DNA from: Mobula hypostoma
Taxonomy: Eukaryota
NCBI RefSeq assembly: GCF_963921235.1
Contig: NC_086109.1
Coordinates: 20,524,001-20,588,000 of the forward strand
DNA: 64,000 nucleotides
Reading direction: 5' to 3'
The position numbers and the translations under genes were made by a program. Shown piece after piece: positions 24,829-36,794 of this stretch; positions within the stretch are counted from its first letter, which is position 1, and every line of letters starts with the position of its first letter. The notes under the pieces were generated by a model. That model was not told the DNA's origin and made no database searches. It saw nothing but the letters and a program-made list of their open reading frames with translations.

Positions 24829-24899
24829 CATTTTTTTCCTTTGACCCAGAATGTTGGGTATTCAATACCATTACAGCATAATGTCCAACCTAAACCTTC

Positions 24900-25215
24900 T
24901 TCAGCAATCCTAAAGGAGGACTAAATGCGTACTTGTTCTTCAGGAAAGGTAGTTAACTGGAGCTCTGTCTAGAATCTTGGATAGGCATGAATATCCTGTG
25001 CTGTTATTTGGAGGAAGAGCATCAAAATATCCCAGGTTTTAATCATCCACTGACATCACCAAAACAAGTGATCTATTTTATTGTATCCTGCTTGAGAGAA
25101 TTAGTGCATAAATTACCAGCTTTCTAATCTCTATTGACGTTTTCTGTCGTGACACTTCTTTCGCTTAATAGATGTTTAGATAAAAGCAAAAGGTCATATC
25201 TGCATTTTATAGTGA
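24900..25215 (+). mobile_element. Possible ancient DeuSINE (SacSINE1-like) remnant
   Basis: tatttggaggaagagca...catcaccaaaacaag...gtgcataaatt resembles the Deu domain as recalled from memory; highly diverged. Confidence 0.4.
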
Positions 25216-25469
25216 GGAAAGTTCAGCAGATACTATATCTGTTTTATGATTCTTCATTGCCAACCTGTTGTGCCCTTGCTGGGATAGAGTGCCCATGTAA
25301 AATTATAAAGGGATTTTTATTTTGCACCTGAGCCGCCTCCCCCCCCACCCAAGGGTGAAGGTGGGAAACTGGTCATCCTTTCTGTGTTCTTTTTCCCTTT
25401 TGTTCTACAAAAGTGTACTTATGTATGGCATCATTTGTTTATTTTTTATTTTGTTGAGTCACAGCTCAT

Positions 25470-25735
25470 AATAGGCACTTCCAGGCCTTTGAGCCATGCC
25501 GCCCAGCAATTCCACGATTTAATCCTAGCCTAATCACGGGACAATTTACAATGACCGATTAACCTACCAATCAGTACTTCTTTGGACTGTGGGAGGGACC
25601 TGGGGCACCCAGAGGAAACACAAGCAGTCACGGGGAGAACGTACAAACGCCTTGCGGGCAGCAGCGGGAATCGAACCAGGTTGCTTGTGCTGTTGTAGAG
25701 CATTGTGTGGTAAAGCACTACGCTACCCTGCCACT
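25470..25735 (-). mobile_element. HE1/V-SINE-like tRNA-derived SINE
   Basis: Minus strand ggtagcgtagtg (A-box-like), ggttcgattccc (B box), gtttgtacgttctccccgtgactgc (V domain). Confidence 0.82.
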
Positions 25736-26014
25736 CCATTTGTCTGGATAACATGCAAAAAAATGCTTTTCACTGTATCTCGGTGCAGTTGATGATAGTA
25801 AATCAATTATCGATCTTTCAGCAGAACAATGGCAGTGATTCAGGCCAGCTCTCTGCTCCCTCAGAAGGGCAAGTCAAAAAGTGCTTCTAAATGTTTGCTT
25901 ACCACAGATGCCCAAACCTCTTTAAATGGCTGCATCAACATTTAGTGTGTGTGTATGTGAGGGGGGGGGGAGGATGTGCGGGGGGTTACTACACAACATC
26001 AAAGTAAAATGGAA

Positions 26015-26438
26015 CCGAAACTTGTAAAAGTAGTTAGCTCCATCATGGGTACTAGCCTCTGTAGTATCCAAGACATCTTCAAGGACCGATGCCCTAGGAA
26101 GGCAGCAACTATCATTAATGACCCCCCCCACCACCACCCAGGGAATGCCTCCCTCTCATTGTTACCATCAGGCAGGAGGTACAGAAACCTGAAGCACACA
26201 CTCAGTGATTCAGGAACAGCTTCTTTCCCTCTGCCATCTGATTTCTGAATGAATATCGAACACTACCTCACTACATTTTTTAAACTTAACTATTTGAGAC
26301 ATTTTATATATAAAATATTTACTGTAATTCAGTTTTTTTCCATATATATTGATCATGTATTTCATTGTACTGCCGTCGTAAAGTTAAACGAATTACATGA
26401 TGTATGCCAGTGATACCAAACCCGATTCTGATTCTGAA
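26015..26438 (+). mobile_element. Rex1-type LINE 3' end
   Basis: KVVSSIMGTSLCSIQDIF...LLPSGRRYRNLK; (gattct)n tail. Confidence 0.85.
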
Positions 26439-27467
26439 TAACACAAATAAAATCCAGTGAAAAGCTGTGTAGGTTTTTAAGACAATACGGTAGTTTAATG
26501 CCTACCACTAATGAAGCTAGCTTTTGCTTTAAACAAAAAGTGGTACTTGCGAACATCATAAATCAAAAACTTTTGTGCTTTTTTTTCATATCCCACATCT
26601 GGTGAGCTGTTTGCAAACCGGACAGGTGAGACTCGGCAAGGGAGTGTGAGCGGAGAGTAGAGGGAAGGGCTGTGCACATTTTTCATGATCAGAGACAAAT
26701 ATGCAGTGAGTATCACCACAGCATTACAACATGCGAGAGTAATTTGGAAAATTCACAGCAGCGGCATAATTAGCAAAGCCAGGAATGGCCAGGAACCACA
26801 CGGGTGAGCAGATCACAAACCCATCCCCTCGAGCAAAATTGCCAAGTGGGAAAAAGCCACACGTTTCCCATAAAGCACAAGGTACCCAGCGTGTTAGTAA
26901 TCAGCTTGTTATGTGGCCCTTTGACCCCTTTAGACCATTTGAAAATAGAGAACACATCGTACCCTGGCCTCTTATCACTTAAAGTGATGTGTTTCAAAAA
27001 CTAATAAGGCAACCAGTTCAACTCAAATCTCCAACCTACACAGGTCCTTAAAAGCAAAAGAAACTATGATGTACTTCCGCTCACTCACATTGTTCTAATG
27101 GTTTTTGCTTTTACAGATACCTTATTTGAAACATCTACACAAAATAAATATGACTGAGATATTTGATCTTCAAAGAACTTGGAAGGAAAGCTACAGTGCA
27201 TCTGCTTTATGGTGCTAATGTACTGTCAGCTCTCGATACACATTCCCTTAGCTTGTTGGCACCTGGCTGTGGGATTGAATGTTGTGCAATCGTGCTCCTG
27301 GGTTGACCCATCCATTTACGAAATTATTGAATTTAGAAGGAATTATAGTTCCACATAGGATCCAAAATGGGCAGATGAGTTGCCAGAATGAATTTGGTTC
27401 TCTTTTTTACCATAATTCTGTCAAGAAGATTCTGCTGATTTGACTCAATCAATTTTGATGATTTGAA

Positions 27468-27685
27468 CAACACACATTGAAGTTGCTGGTGAACGCAGCA
27501 GGCCAGGCAGCATCTCTAGGAAGAGGTAAGGGCCGAGACCCTTCGTCAGGACTAACTGAAGGAAGAGCTAGTTAGAGATTTGAAAGTGGGAGGGGGATGG
27601 GGAGATCCAAAATGATGGGAGAAGACAGGAGGGGGAGGGATGGAGCCAAGAGCTGGACAGGTGATTGGCAAAAGGGATATGAGTT
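27468..27685 (-). mobile_element. Penelope terminal fragment; hammerhead GAAAC-GUC half deleted
   Basis: Near-identical to 34615-34840 apart from an internal deletion. Confidence 0.85.
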
Positions 27686-28244
27686 GATGATTTGAAATTG
27701 TGTTTTCCATGGAATCGGCTTTATAATATTTATTTTGAACAGAAGAACATTATTCAGTGCATCGTGTCCATCTGTTATCAGGGATCCCCCTCATCCTAGC
27801 CCTGCCATCTTCTTGTAGCTATCAACTGACAGGAGCTACAGAAGCCTGAAGTCCCACACCACCAAGTTCAAGAACAGCTACATACCTTCAACCAACGAGC
27901 CTGAAACAAACCTGCACAAACCTAATCACCGCCTCAGTCTAGCAACACCAGGGGCATTTTGATCATCTTGCTCTGCAATCGAATTTACTTTTTTTGTGGT
28001 AATTGTGTTCTTTCATGTAAAAATTGGGTGTACTGTAATTTATGTTAAATTTGTTTTTTTCTTAAGGATGTTGCTTTTCTGATATTATCTGCCTGTGATG
28101 CAGCATTCTTAATACACCTGTGCATACATGCATATGGCAATACACTCAACCTTCTCTTTGCAGCTGAGTTTATACACCTTACCTCCAAGTTCGTACAGGT
28201 AGTTTTTTAGCTTTTTTTGTTCAACCATTCTTTCAAGCAAAGTA

Positions 28245-28760
28245 CGAGGGGTGATTGATAAGTTCGTGACCTAAGGTAGAAGGAGTCAATTTTAGAAAAC
28301 CAAGCACATTTATTTTTCAACATCGTCCCCTCCTACATAGTCCAGCAGTCGTGGAGCATACGGATCTTGGACCTCCAGAAAGTGTCCACAGGTGGGGTGA
28401 TTGATAAGTTATATGGCTCTCGTTACATATACATGCAGGTCAACTTTTTGAGTGATTATGCAGAAAGTTTGAAGTTAATAACATCAGGGGTGATTGATAA
28501 GTTCATGGCCTAAGGTAGAAGGAGATGAGTTATTAAATTCAAACTTTCTGCATCATCACTCAAAGCGTTGAACTGCATGTGCATTTAATGAGAGCTGTAT
28601 AACTCATCTCCTTCTACCTTAGGCCACGAACTTATCAATCACCCCTGCTGTGGACACTTTCTGGAGGTCCAAGATCCGTATGCTCCACGGAGCATAAATG
28701 TGCTTGGCTTTCTAAAATCGACTCCTTCTACCTTAGGCCACAAACTTATCAATCACCCCC
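28245..28760. mobile_element. Mariner-type fold-back MITE with five TIR-motif copies
   Basis: TA|cgaggggtgattgataagtt start; motif ggggtgattgataagtt forward at ~28248, 28394 and 28487, reverse ending ~28645 and ~28759. Confidence 0.85.
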
Positions 28761-28883
28761 CCCCACCCCGTGTTCCTGATTGTCAATACCTCAGGATGGA
28801 AAATAATTCCCATTTTATTTCCAATCTGGCTTAACTATTACACTAAACCCATATTATCTCACTATTGGCCACCAAAAATTGTC

Positions 28884-29367
28884 ACAAACAGGAGAAAGTC
28901 CGCAGATGCTGGAAATCCAAAACAACACAGACAAGATGCTGGAGGAACTCATCAGGCCGGGCAGCATCTCTAGAAAGGAGTAAACCGTCAATGTTTTGGG
29001 CTGAAACCCTTCAACAGGACTGGAAAGAAAGATGAGAAGTCAGAGTAAAAAGGTAGGGGGAGGAGAGGAAGAAGCACATGGTATAGGTAAAACCAGGAGA
29101 AGGGGAGGGGGTGAAGTAAAGAGCTGGGAAGTTGACTGTTGAAGGAGATAAGGGGCTAGCGGAGGGCAAATCTGACAGAAGAGGATAGAAGAACATGGAG
29201 AAAAGGGAAGGAGGAGGAGCACCAGAGGGAGGTGATGGGTAGGTAAGGAGATAAGGTGAGAGAGGGAAACAGGAATGGGAATGGTGGGGGGGGGTAATTA
29301 CCAGAAATTCAAGAAATCGATGTTCATGCTATCAGGTTGGAGGCTACCCAGATGGAATACAAGGTGA
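28884..29367 (-). mobile_element. Penelope-like element 3' end (older subfamily)
   Basis: cgatgttcatgctatcaggttggaggctacccagatggaat matches 35026-35066; terminal repeat with decayed hammerhead at ~28985-29022. Confidence 0.82.
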
Positions 29368-29489
29368 CCACTGGAGCCTAATCTACCAGCCATGTCACTG
29401 ATGGTGGCTTCTTCCCAATAATTCTCAACTCCCTTGTAGATCAAAATGCTGCCTTGTCTTGGAATGCCTTGTCAGGGGGAATCTTAATC

Positions 29490-30175
29490 AGCTGTGTAAG
29501 CGGGCCAAGGAATGGCAAATGGAGTTTAATTCAAGGACCTTGGTTCACTGAAAGTAGAGTCACAGGTAGATAGGGTGGGTGAATGTGACTTACATAAGTC
29601 AGGGCACTGAGTATAAAAGTTGGGAGATCATGGGGTAGTTGGTATTGTGTTCAGTTTTTGGTCACCCTGCTACAGTACTGATGTCGATTAAACTGGAAAG
29701 AGAGCAGAAAATGATTTACAAGGGTGTTTCCAGGACTTGAGGGACGAAGTTTCATGAGGAGGGTGGACAGTCTAGAATTTTATCTCTTGGAGTGTAGGAG
29801 ATTGAGAGGCGATCTTATAAAGGATCATGAAGATCCTGGATAGGGTGAAGGCACTCTATCTTTTTCACAGGGTTGGGAAATCGTGAACAAAAGAGAAGAG
29901 ATTTAAGGTGAGTGGAGAAAGATTATATAGGAACTTGAGGGGTAACTTTTTTTGTGGTATGTTATGTGAAATGAGCTTTCAGAGGAAGTGGTTGAGGTAG
30001 GTACAATAACATGTTTAAGAAAAAAAGCACTTGGACAGGTACATGGAGTGGAAAGCTTTAGAACATTATGGACCAAATGCAGGCAGATGGGACAAGCTTA
30101 GATGGGGCTTCATGGTCGACATGGTTAATTGGGCCTTAGGGTCTGTTTCTGTGCTGTATAACTTTATGACTCTCT
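29490..30175 (+). mobile_element. Old CR1 LINE 3' fragment
   Basis: gaatggcaaatggagtttaatt; ttggagtgtaggagattgagaggcgatcttata; tail tctgtgctgtataactttatgactct. Confidence 0.78.
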
Positions 30176-30399
30176 GATTCAAGCGTTACAGTTCTCTGAG
30201 ATGGAGAATTTCAAATATCCTTGATCCTATCAGAGATGAAGTTCTCCTGATCTCAATCTTAGTTTAAAAACCTCTATTCTGAACCCTTAGTTTCCCCCAA
30301 CATTTATCTTGTCAAATCACTTTGCATTTCAAGAAAAGGTCCACTTGCTGATAAAGCATTCTGGACCTTTCCTTATCTGCCCAAACCACCCCCCCCCCA

Positions 30400-31047
30400 T
30401 AACATAGAAATATAGAAAATAGGTGCAGGAGTAGGCCATTCGGCCCTTCGAGCCTGCACCGCCATTTATTATCATGGTTGATCATCCAACTCAGAACCCC
30501 GCTCCAGCCTTCCCTCCATACCCCCTGACCCCCGTAGCCACAAGGGCCATATCTAACTCCCTCTTAAACACAGCCAATGAACTGGCCTCAACTGTTTCCT
30601 GTGGCAGAGAATTCCACAGATTCACCACTCTCTGTGTGAAGAAGTTTTTCCTAATCTCAGTCCTAAAAGGCTTCCCCTCTATCCTCAAACTGTGACCCCT
30701 CGTTCTGGACTTCCCCAACATCAGGAACAATCTTCCTGCATCTAGCCTGTCCAATCCCTTTAGGATCTTATACGTTTCAATCAGATCCCCCCTCAATCTT
30801 CTAAATTCCAACGAGTACAAGCCCAGTTCATCCAGTCTTTCTTCATATGAAAGTCCTGCCATCCCAGGAATCAATCTGGTGAACCTTCTTTGTACTCCCT
30901 CTATGGCAAGGATGTCTTTCCTCAGATTAGGGGACCAAAACTGCGCACAATACTCCAGGTGTGGTCTCACCAAGGCCTTGTACAACTGCAGCAGTACCTC
31001 CCTGCTCCTGTACTCGAATCCTCTCGCTATAAATGCCAGCATACCAT
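30400..31047 (-). mobile_element. Young 5'-truncated CR1 LINE (uninterrupted RT C-terminal frame)
   Basis: ORF 30491..31069: [39 protein letters not shown]...RVVNLWNSLPQ, no stops; CpGs retained; (atagaaa.)n tail. Confidence 0.95.
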
Positions 31048-31797
31048 TTAGGGGACCAAAACTGCACACAATACTCCAGGTGTGGTCTCACTCAAATCCT
31101 CTCGCTATAAATGCCAGAATACCATTTAGGGGACCAAAACTGCGCACAATACTCCAGGTGTGGTCTCACTCGAATCCTCTCGCTATAAATGCCAGAATAC
31201 CATTTAGGGGACCAAAACTGCGCACAATACTCCAGGTGTGGTCTCACCAAGGCCTTGTACAACTGCAGTAGTACCTCTCGCTATAAATGCCAGCATACCA
31301 TTTAGGGGACCAAAACTGCACACAATACTCCAGGTGTGGTCTCACTCAAATCCTCTCGCTATAAATGCCAGAATACCATTTAGGGGACCAAAACTGCGCA
31401 CAATACTCCAGGTGTGGTCTCACCAAGGCCTTGTACAACTGCAGTAGTACCTCTCGCTATAAACGCCAGCATACCATTTAGGGGACCAAAACTGCGCACA
31501 ATACTCCAGGTGTGGTCTCACCAAGGCCTTGTACAACTGCAGTAGTACCTCTCGCTATAAATGCCAGCATACCATTTAGGGGACCAAAACTGCACACAAT
31601 ACTCCACACAATACTCCAGGTGTGGTCTCACTTAAATCCTCTCGCTATAAATGCCAGAATACCATTTAGGGGACCAAAACTGCGCACAATACTCCAGGTG
31701 TGGTCTCACCAAGGCCTTGTACAACTGCAGTAGTACCTCTCGCTATAAATGCCAGCATACCATTTAGGGGACCAAAACTGCGCACAATACTCCAGGT
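30927..31797. repeat. Complex tandem array built from CR1 ORF2 sequence (10 copies of a ~44-bp core)
   Basis: ttaggggaccaaaactgc at 30927, 31048, 31126, 31204, 31302, 31380, 31478, 31576, 31666 and 31764. Confidence 0.95.
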
Positions 31798-31987
31798 AAC
31801 ATGTCAGAGCTTGCTTCCTACTGGCTAAAGTTCCTTCTCAAAACACTCTAAGAATACCCTAATTCCCTGACATCTTAAACGACTTGGAACTTTCAAAGTA
31901 AATTTATTTTCGAGTACATATGTTACCATATTCAATATTGAGAATAGTTTCCTTGCAGGCATTTACAGGGGAAAATTAGAAATGCAA

Positions 31988-33000
31988 TAGAAGGCAGAGG
32001 GTGGTTGTAGATGGTACTTATCCTGCCTGGAGGCTGTTGACCAGTGGTGTTCTACAGGGATCTGTTCTAGGACCACTGCTCCTTGTGATTTTTATAAATG
32101 ACTTGGATGAGGAAGTAGAAGGGCGTGTTAGTAAGATTGCGGATGACACGAAGGTTGGTGGAGTTGCTGTAGGTTGCAACAGGACATTGACAGGATGTAG
32201 AGCTGGACTGAGAAGTGGCAGGTTTAGTGCAACCTAGAAAGGTGTGAAGTGATTCACTTTGGAAGGTTGAATTTGAAGGCAGAATACAGGGTTTAAAGCA
32301 GTATTCTTAGTAGTGTAGAGGAACAGAGGGATCTTGGGGCCCATTTCCATTGGTGCTTCAAAGTTGCCATGCAAGTTGATATCGTTGTTAAAAATACAGA
32401 TGGTGTATTGGCCTTCATTAGTAGAGGGATTGAGTTCAACAGCCATGAAGTAATATTGCAGCTCTATAAAACTCTGGTTAGACCACACTTTGCATATTGT
32501 GTTCAGTTCTGGTCACGTTGTAATAGGAAGGATGTGGAAGCTTTAGAGAGGGTGCAGAGGAGATTTAACAATGCTGCCTGGAATAGGGAACATATCTTTG
32601 GAGAATTGGTTAAGCAAGCTAGGGCTGTTCTCTTTGGAGTGAAGGAGGATAAGAGATGACTTGATAGAGGTGATGAGGTATAGATCGAGTAGATCCCCAG
32701 AAACTTTTTCCCAGGGTTGAAATGGATCATAACTTTAAGGTATTTGGGAGAAAGTATGAGGGGTATCAGATGTAAGTTTGTTACACAAAGAGTGGTGGGT
32801 GCATGGAACATTTTGCCAGGGGTACTGGTAGAGGCAGATACATTAGGGGCATATAAGAAACTCTTAGAAAAGCACATGGATGATGGAAAAATTGAGGTCT
32901 CTGTTGGGTGGAAGGGTTAGATTGTTCTTAGAATAGATTAAAAGGTCAGCACAGCATCATGGACTGAAGAACCTGTACTGTGCTGTAATGTTCCATGTTA
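31988..33000 (+). mobile_element. CR1 LINE RT fragment to 3' end, nested in a minus-strand Rex1 tail (~31890-33210)
   Basis: TSGVLQGSVLGPLLLVIFINDLD, KIADDTK, LYKTLVRPHFAYCVQFWS. Confidence 0.9.
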
Positions 33001-34031
33001 AAATTTACAAAAAAAATACATAAAAAGACATAGACTGACAGACTATTGGAAAAGATAACGAAGTGTGCAAACAAAATATAATTCTGAGGATCCTTGAAAG
33101 TGAGTATGTAGGTCATGGAATCAGTTCAGAGTAGTGGTGATTGGAGTTCTTCACACTGGTTCAGGAGCCTGATTGATATAGTGTAATAACTGTTCCTGAA
33201 CCTGGTGGTTTGTTTGGGTTCTGGGTGTTATGGAAACTCTCTGTGTTTACTTGTGCTTGTGAGAGGCTAGTTCCTGGTGGATGAAGAATGATGGAGTCAT
33301 TCAGTGGGACAGGCTACTTTAGAAAGAGGAAAAAGGAGAAGCTCGCTAATAGGTTGGCTCAGAGACCTTTTGCATGTGGAAGATGATTATAATTTTGAGG
33401 GATAGGTTGAAGAGGTAAAAACCCAGACCCCTTGCACAGCACAGCATAGCACAGTCAAGCTTTACTTTCCCCTCATTCCACTCAGCTAAAATAACCTGCA
33501 TACCCTGACAGTATTTCCTATTTCAATAGGTGGAAAAGGCCAGATCTGGGGTGTCTCAACCGTCCATTAGAAAGCCATGCATAAGACAAAGTCCATTGGA
33601 CAGAAGGAGTTAAAGCTCCCCAACAACAATTTACCTTTAGACATTACCAAGTTTGTGCCGATATTTTCCATTGATGGCTGTGCTTTTTGGTGGCCCCAAA
33701 GCTTAACTCTGGAATTCCCTCCCTAACTTGCGCAGTTCTGCTTTTTATCATCTCATTTAGTGCTGTTAATAAAACCAATCTTATGGACACTTTTTTTCAT
33801 ATATGTCTCAGTTCCAAGTTTAATGATGAAATGTCTTGGGAACTGTGCAGTGCTGAAGGTGTGAGACAAAATAAGCTGCTGTTCACATAACCCTGTTCCA
33901 CTTCAGTTCAGTCGAGTATAATAATCATTGCCAGCCATTTATTAGTTACACAGTCTGTTTTGATCCTGTGTGATGTACATTATCGAATTCAACGCCCAAC
34001 CAAACAGCAGATACGTCTCTCTCAGCACCCA

Positions 34032-34577
34032 AGGACATAGGAGCAGAATTGGGACATTTAGCCTCTCGAATCTGCTACGCCATTTGATCATGGCTGATAT
34101 AATTTCTCTCAATCCCATTCTCCTACCTTTCCCCTGTAAACTTTGATGCCCTTACTAATCAAGACCATATCAATCTCCACTTTAAATATACCCAATGACT
34201 CGGCCTTCAGAGCCAAGTTGTCAGGTATATTTCTTTAGCCAGAGGGCGGTGAATCTGTGACAATGAATTCCACAAATTCATCACCCTCTAGCTAAAGAAA
34301 TTCCTCCTTATCTCTGATCTAAAAGAACATCCTTCTATTCCGAGGCTATGCCCTCTGGTCCCAGACTCTCCCACTATAGGAAACATCCTCTCCATGACCG
34401 CTCTATTCAGGCCACATCCTTCTAAACTCCAGCAAGTACAGATCCAGAACCATCAAATGCTTCTCATATATTAGCCCTTTCTTTCCTGGGATCATTTTTG
34501 TCAACATCCTCCAGGCCTTCTCCAATGCCAGCACATTCTTCCTTAGATGAGGGGCTCAAAACTGCTCACGATACTGT
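34032..34577 (-). mobile_element. CR1 LINE 3' fragment
   Basis: Homologous to 6676-7011 and 61222-61800. Confidence 0.85.
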
Positions 34578-35820
34578 GAACAACAGGAATTCTGCAGATG
34601 CTGGAAATTCAAGCAACACACATCAAAGTTGCTGGTGAACGCAGCAGGCCAGGCAGCATCTCTAGGAAGAGGTACAGTCGATGTTTCAGACCGAGACCCT
34701 TCGTCAGGACTAACTGAAGGAAGAGTGAGTAAGGGATTTGAAAGTTGGAGGGGGAGGGGGAGATCCAAAATGATAGGAGAAGACAGGAGGGGGAGGGATA
34801 GAGCCAAGAGCTGGACAGGTGATAGGCAAAAGGGATATGAGAGGATCATGGGACAGGAGGTCCGGGAAGAAAGACAAGGGGTGGGGGGACCCAGAGGATG
34901 GGCAAGGGGTATATTCAGAGGGACAGAGGGAGAAAAAGGAGAGTGAGAGAAAGAATGTGTGTATAAAAATAAGTAACAGATGGGGTACGAGGGGGAGGTG
35001 GGGCATTAGCGGAAGTTAGAGAAGTCGATGTTCATGCCATCAGGTTGGAGGCTACCCAGACGGAATATCAGGTGTTGTTCCTCCAACCTGAGTGTGGCTT
35101 CATTTTTACAGTAGAGGAGGCCGTGGATAGACATGTCAGAATGGGAATGGGATGTGGAATTAAAATGTGTGGCCACTGGGAGATCCTGCTTTCTCTGGCG
35201 GACAGAGCGTAGGTGTTCAGCAAAGCGATCTCCCAGTCTGCATCAGGTCTCGCCAATATATAAAAGGCCACATCGGGAGCACCAGACGCAGTATATTACC
35301 CCAGCCGACTCACAGGTGAAGTGTTGCCTCACCTGGAAGGACTGTTTGGGGCCCTGAATGGTGGTAAGGGAGGAAGTGTAAGGGCATGTGTAGCACTTGT
35401 TCCGCTTACACAGATAAGTGCCAGGAGGGAGATCAGTGGGGAGGGATGGGGGGTACGAATGGACAAGGGAGTTGCATACAGAGCGATCCCTGCGGAATGC
35501 AGGGGGGGTGGGGGGGAGGGAAAGATGTGCTTAGTGGTGGGATCCCGTTGGAGGTGGCGGAAGTTACGGAGAATAATATTTTGGACCCGGAGGCTGGTGG
35601 GGTGGTAGGTGAGGACCAGGAGAACCCTATTCCTCGTGGGGTGGCGGGAGGATGGAGTGAGAGCAGATGTACGTGAAATGGGGGAGATGCGTTTAAGAGC
35701 AGAATTGATAATGGAGGAAGGGAAGCCCCTTTCTTTAAAAAAAGGAAGACATCTCCCTCGTCCCAGAATGAAAAGCCTCATCCTGAGAGCAGATGCGGCA
35801 GAGACGGAGGAGAAGGGGAT
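34578..35820 (-). mobile_element. Penelope-like element, 5'-truncated: RT thumb/linker, GIY-YIG endonuclease, 3' terminal repeat
   Basis: FFKERGFPSSII...LVLTYHP...LQRDP; next frame CKRNKCYTC, FTCESAGVIYCVWCSRCGLLYIGET, RFAEHLRS, PVATHFN, EEQHLIFRLGSLQPDGMNID. Confidence 0.93.
34676..34711 (-). ncRNA. Minimal hammerhead ribozyme motif in the Penelope 3' terminal repeat
   Basis: AGUC-CUGACGA-AGG gucucgg UCU-GAAA-CA-UC-GACU; 4-bp stem I intact; sense orientation relative to the GIY-YIG ORF. Confidence 0.72.
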
Positions 35821-36587
35821 CCCCTTTGGCCAAATGTCACTGCAAGTTGTTTATTAAAGGGGTAGCGGTGAAATAGTTTCTGTCAATACATAGAACGCAC
35901 TTGACAATGTTGCATGAGAAATCAGTGGAGAAATTACAGACTGAGGAGGCCCAGTCAGCATGGATGGAGAGACAATGTCACAGCAGACATTGAAAGGGAG
36001 ATTGTCCCATCTGTTATGGTCTTATTTAGTTGATAAAGCCAAACTGGGCGCAGCACCACACTGTCGAAAGAAATGAGGGAGGTTAGGTGAAAATGGGTAA
36101 GTTTAATGTGAAGTAATGGAAAAGTTAAGCGAGAATTTTTTAAAAAATGAAAATGCATGTCATATGGTACATTCCCACTATGATAGAGAAAATCCTTAAA
36201 AATAAGTTCAGAGCCAAAGGAAAACTACATAGAATGCAAAAGCAGAGAGTTCATGGTGACCCAGTATAAAGTCAACATAGCTATTAAAGCCAATGTCTTA
36301 TAAAGCTTCAGCTTATTATCATGGGTAGGTGAATTATGTAAGACCACAATCAAAGAAAAAGTACAAGGAGTAGATCAGAGATCATCAAGACATTAAGCAG
36401 GTTGGCCATATTTCACTGCAAGTTATTAACAAAGGGTTTAGCATCACAGAATAATGTTCACTGTTTGGGTCCCTCACTAGAATAAGTGATAGATAAACCT
36501 TTCATAGGAAGGCCAAGTCATTTACCTGGAGGAGGTGACTGGGTATGAGGGGTTGGAGCTACTGCATACGAAAGGCTTGAACATACC

Positions 36588-36720
36588 AAGCACGAGAGAT
36601 TCTGCAGATACTGGAAATCCAGAGCAACACACACAAAGTGGTGGAGGAACTCAGCAGGTCTGGCAGCATCTATGGAGAGGAATAAAAAGCCGATGTTTCG
36701 GGCCGAGACTCTTCATCTGA
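36588..36720 (-). mobile_element. Solo Penelope terminal repeat; hammerhead core mutated to CAGAUGA
   Basis: Minus strand tcagatgaagagtctcggcccgaaacatcggct. Confidence 0.8.
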
Positions 36721-36794
36721 ACATACTAATGTTGTATTCTCTCAGACTGGCACTGAGAGAAAGATAGATTTTTGATAGACATGCTCTCTGAGCA

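Noticed and set aside
30927..31797. CRISPR-like repeat/spacer array
   Set aside because: The intervening segments are not unique spacers. They are two recurring variants derived from the adjacent CR1 ORF2, the context is eukaryotic and no cas genes are present.
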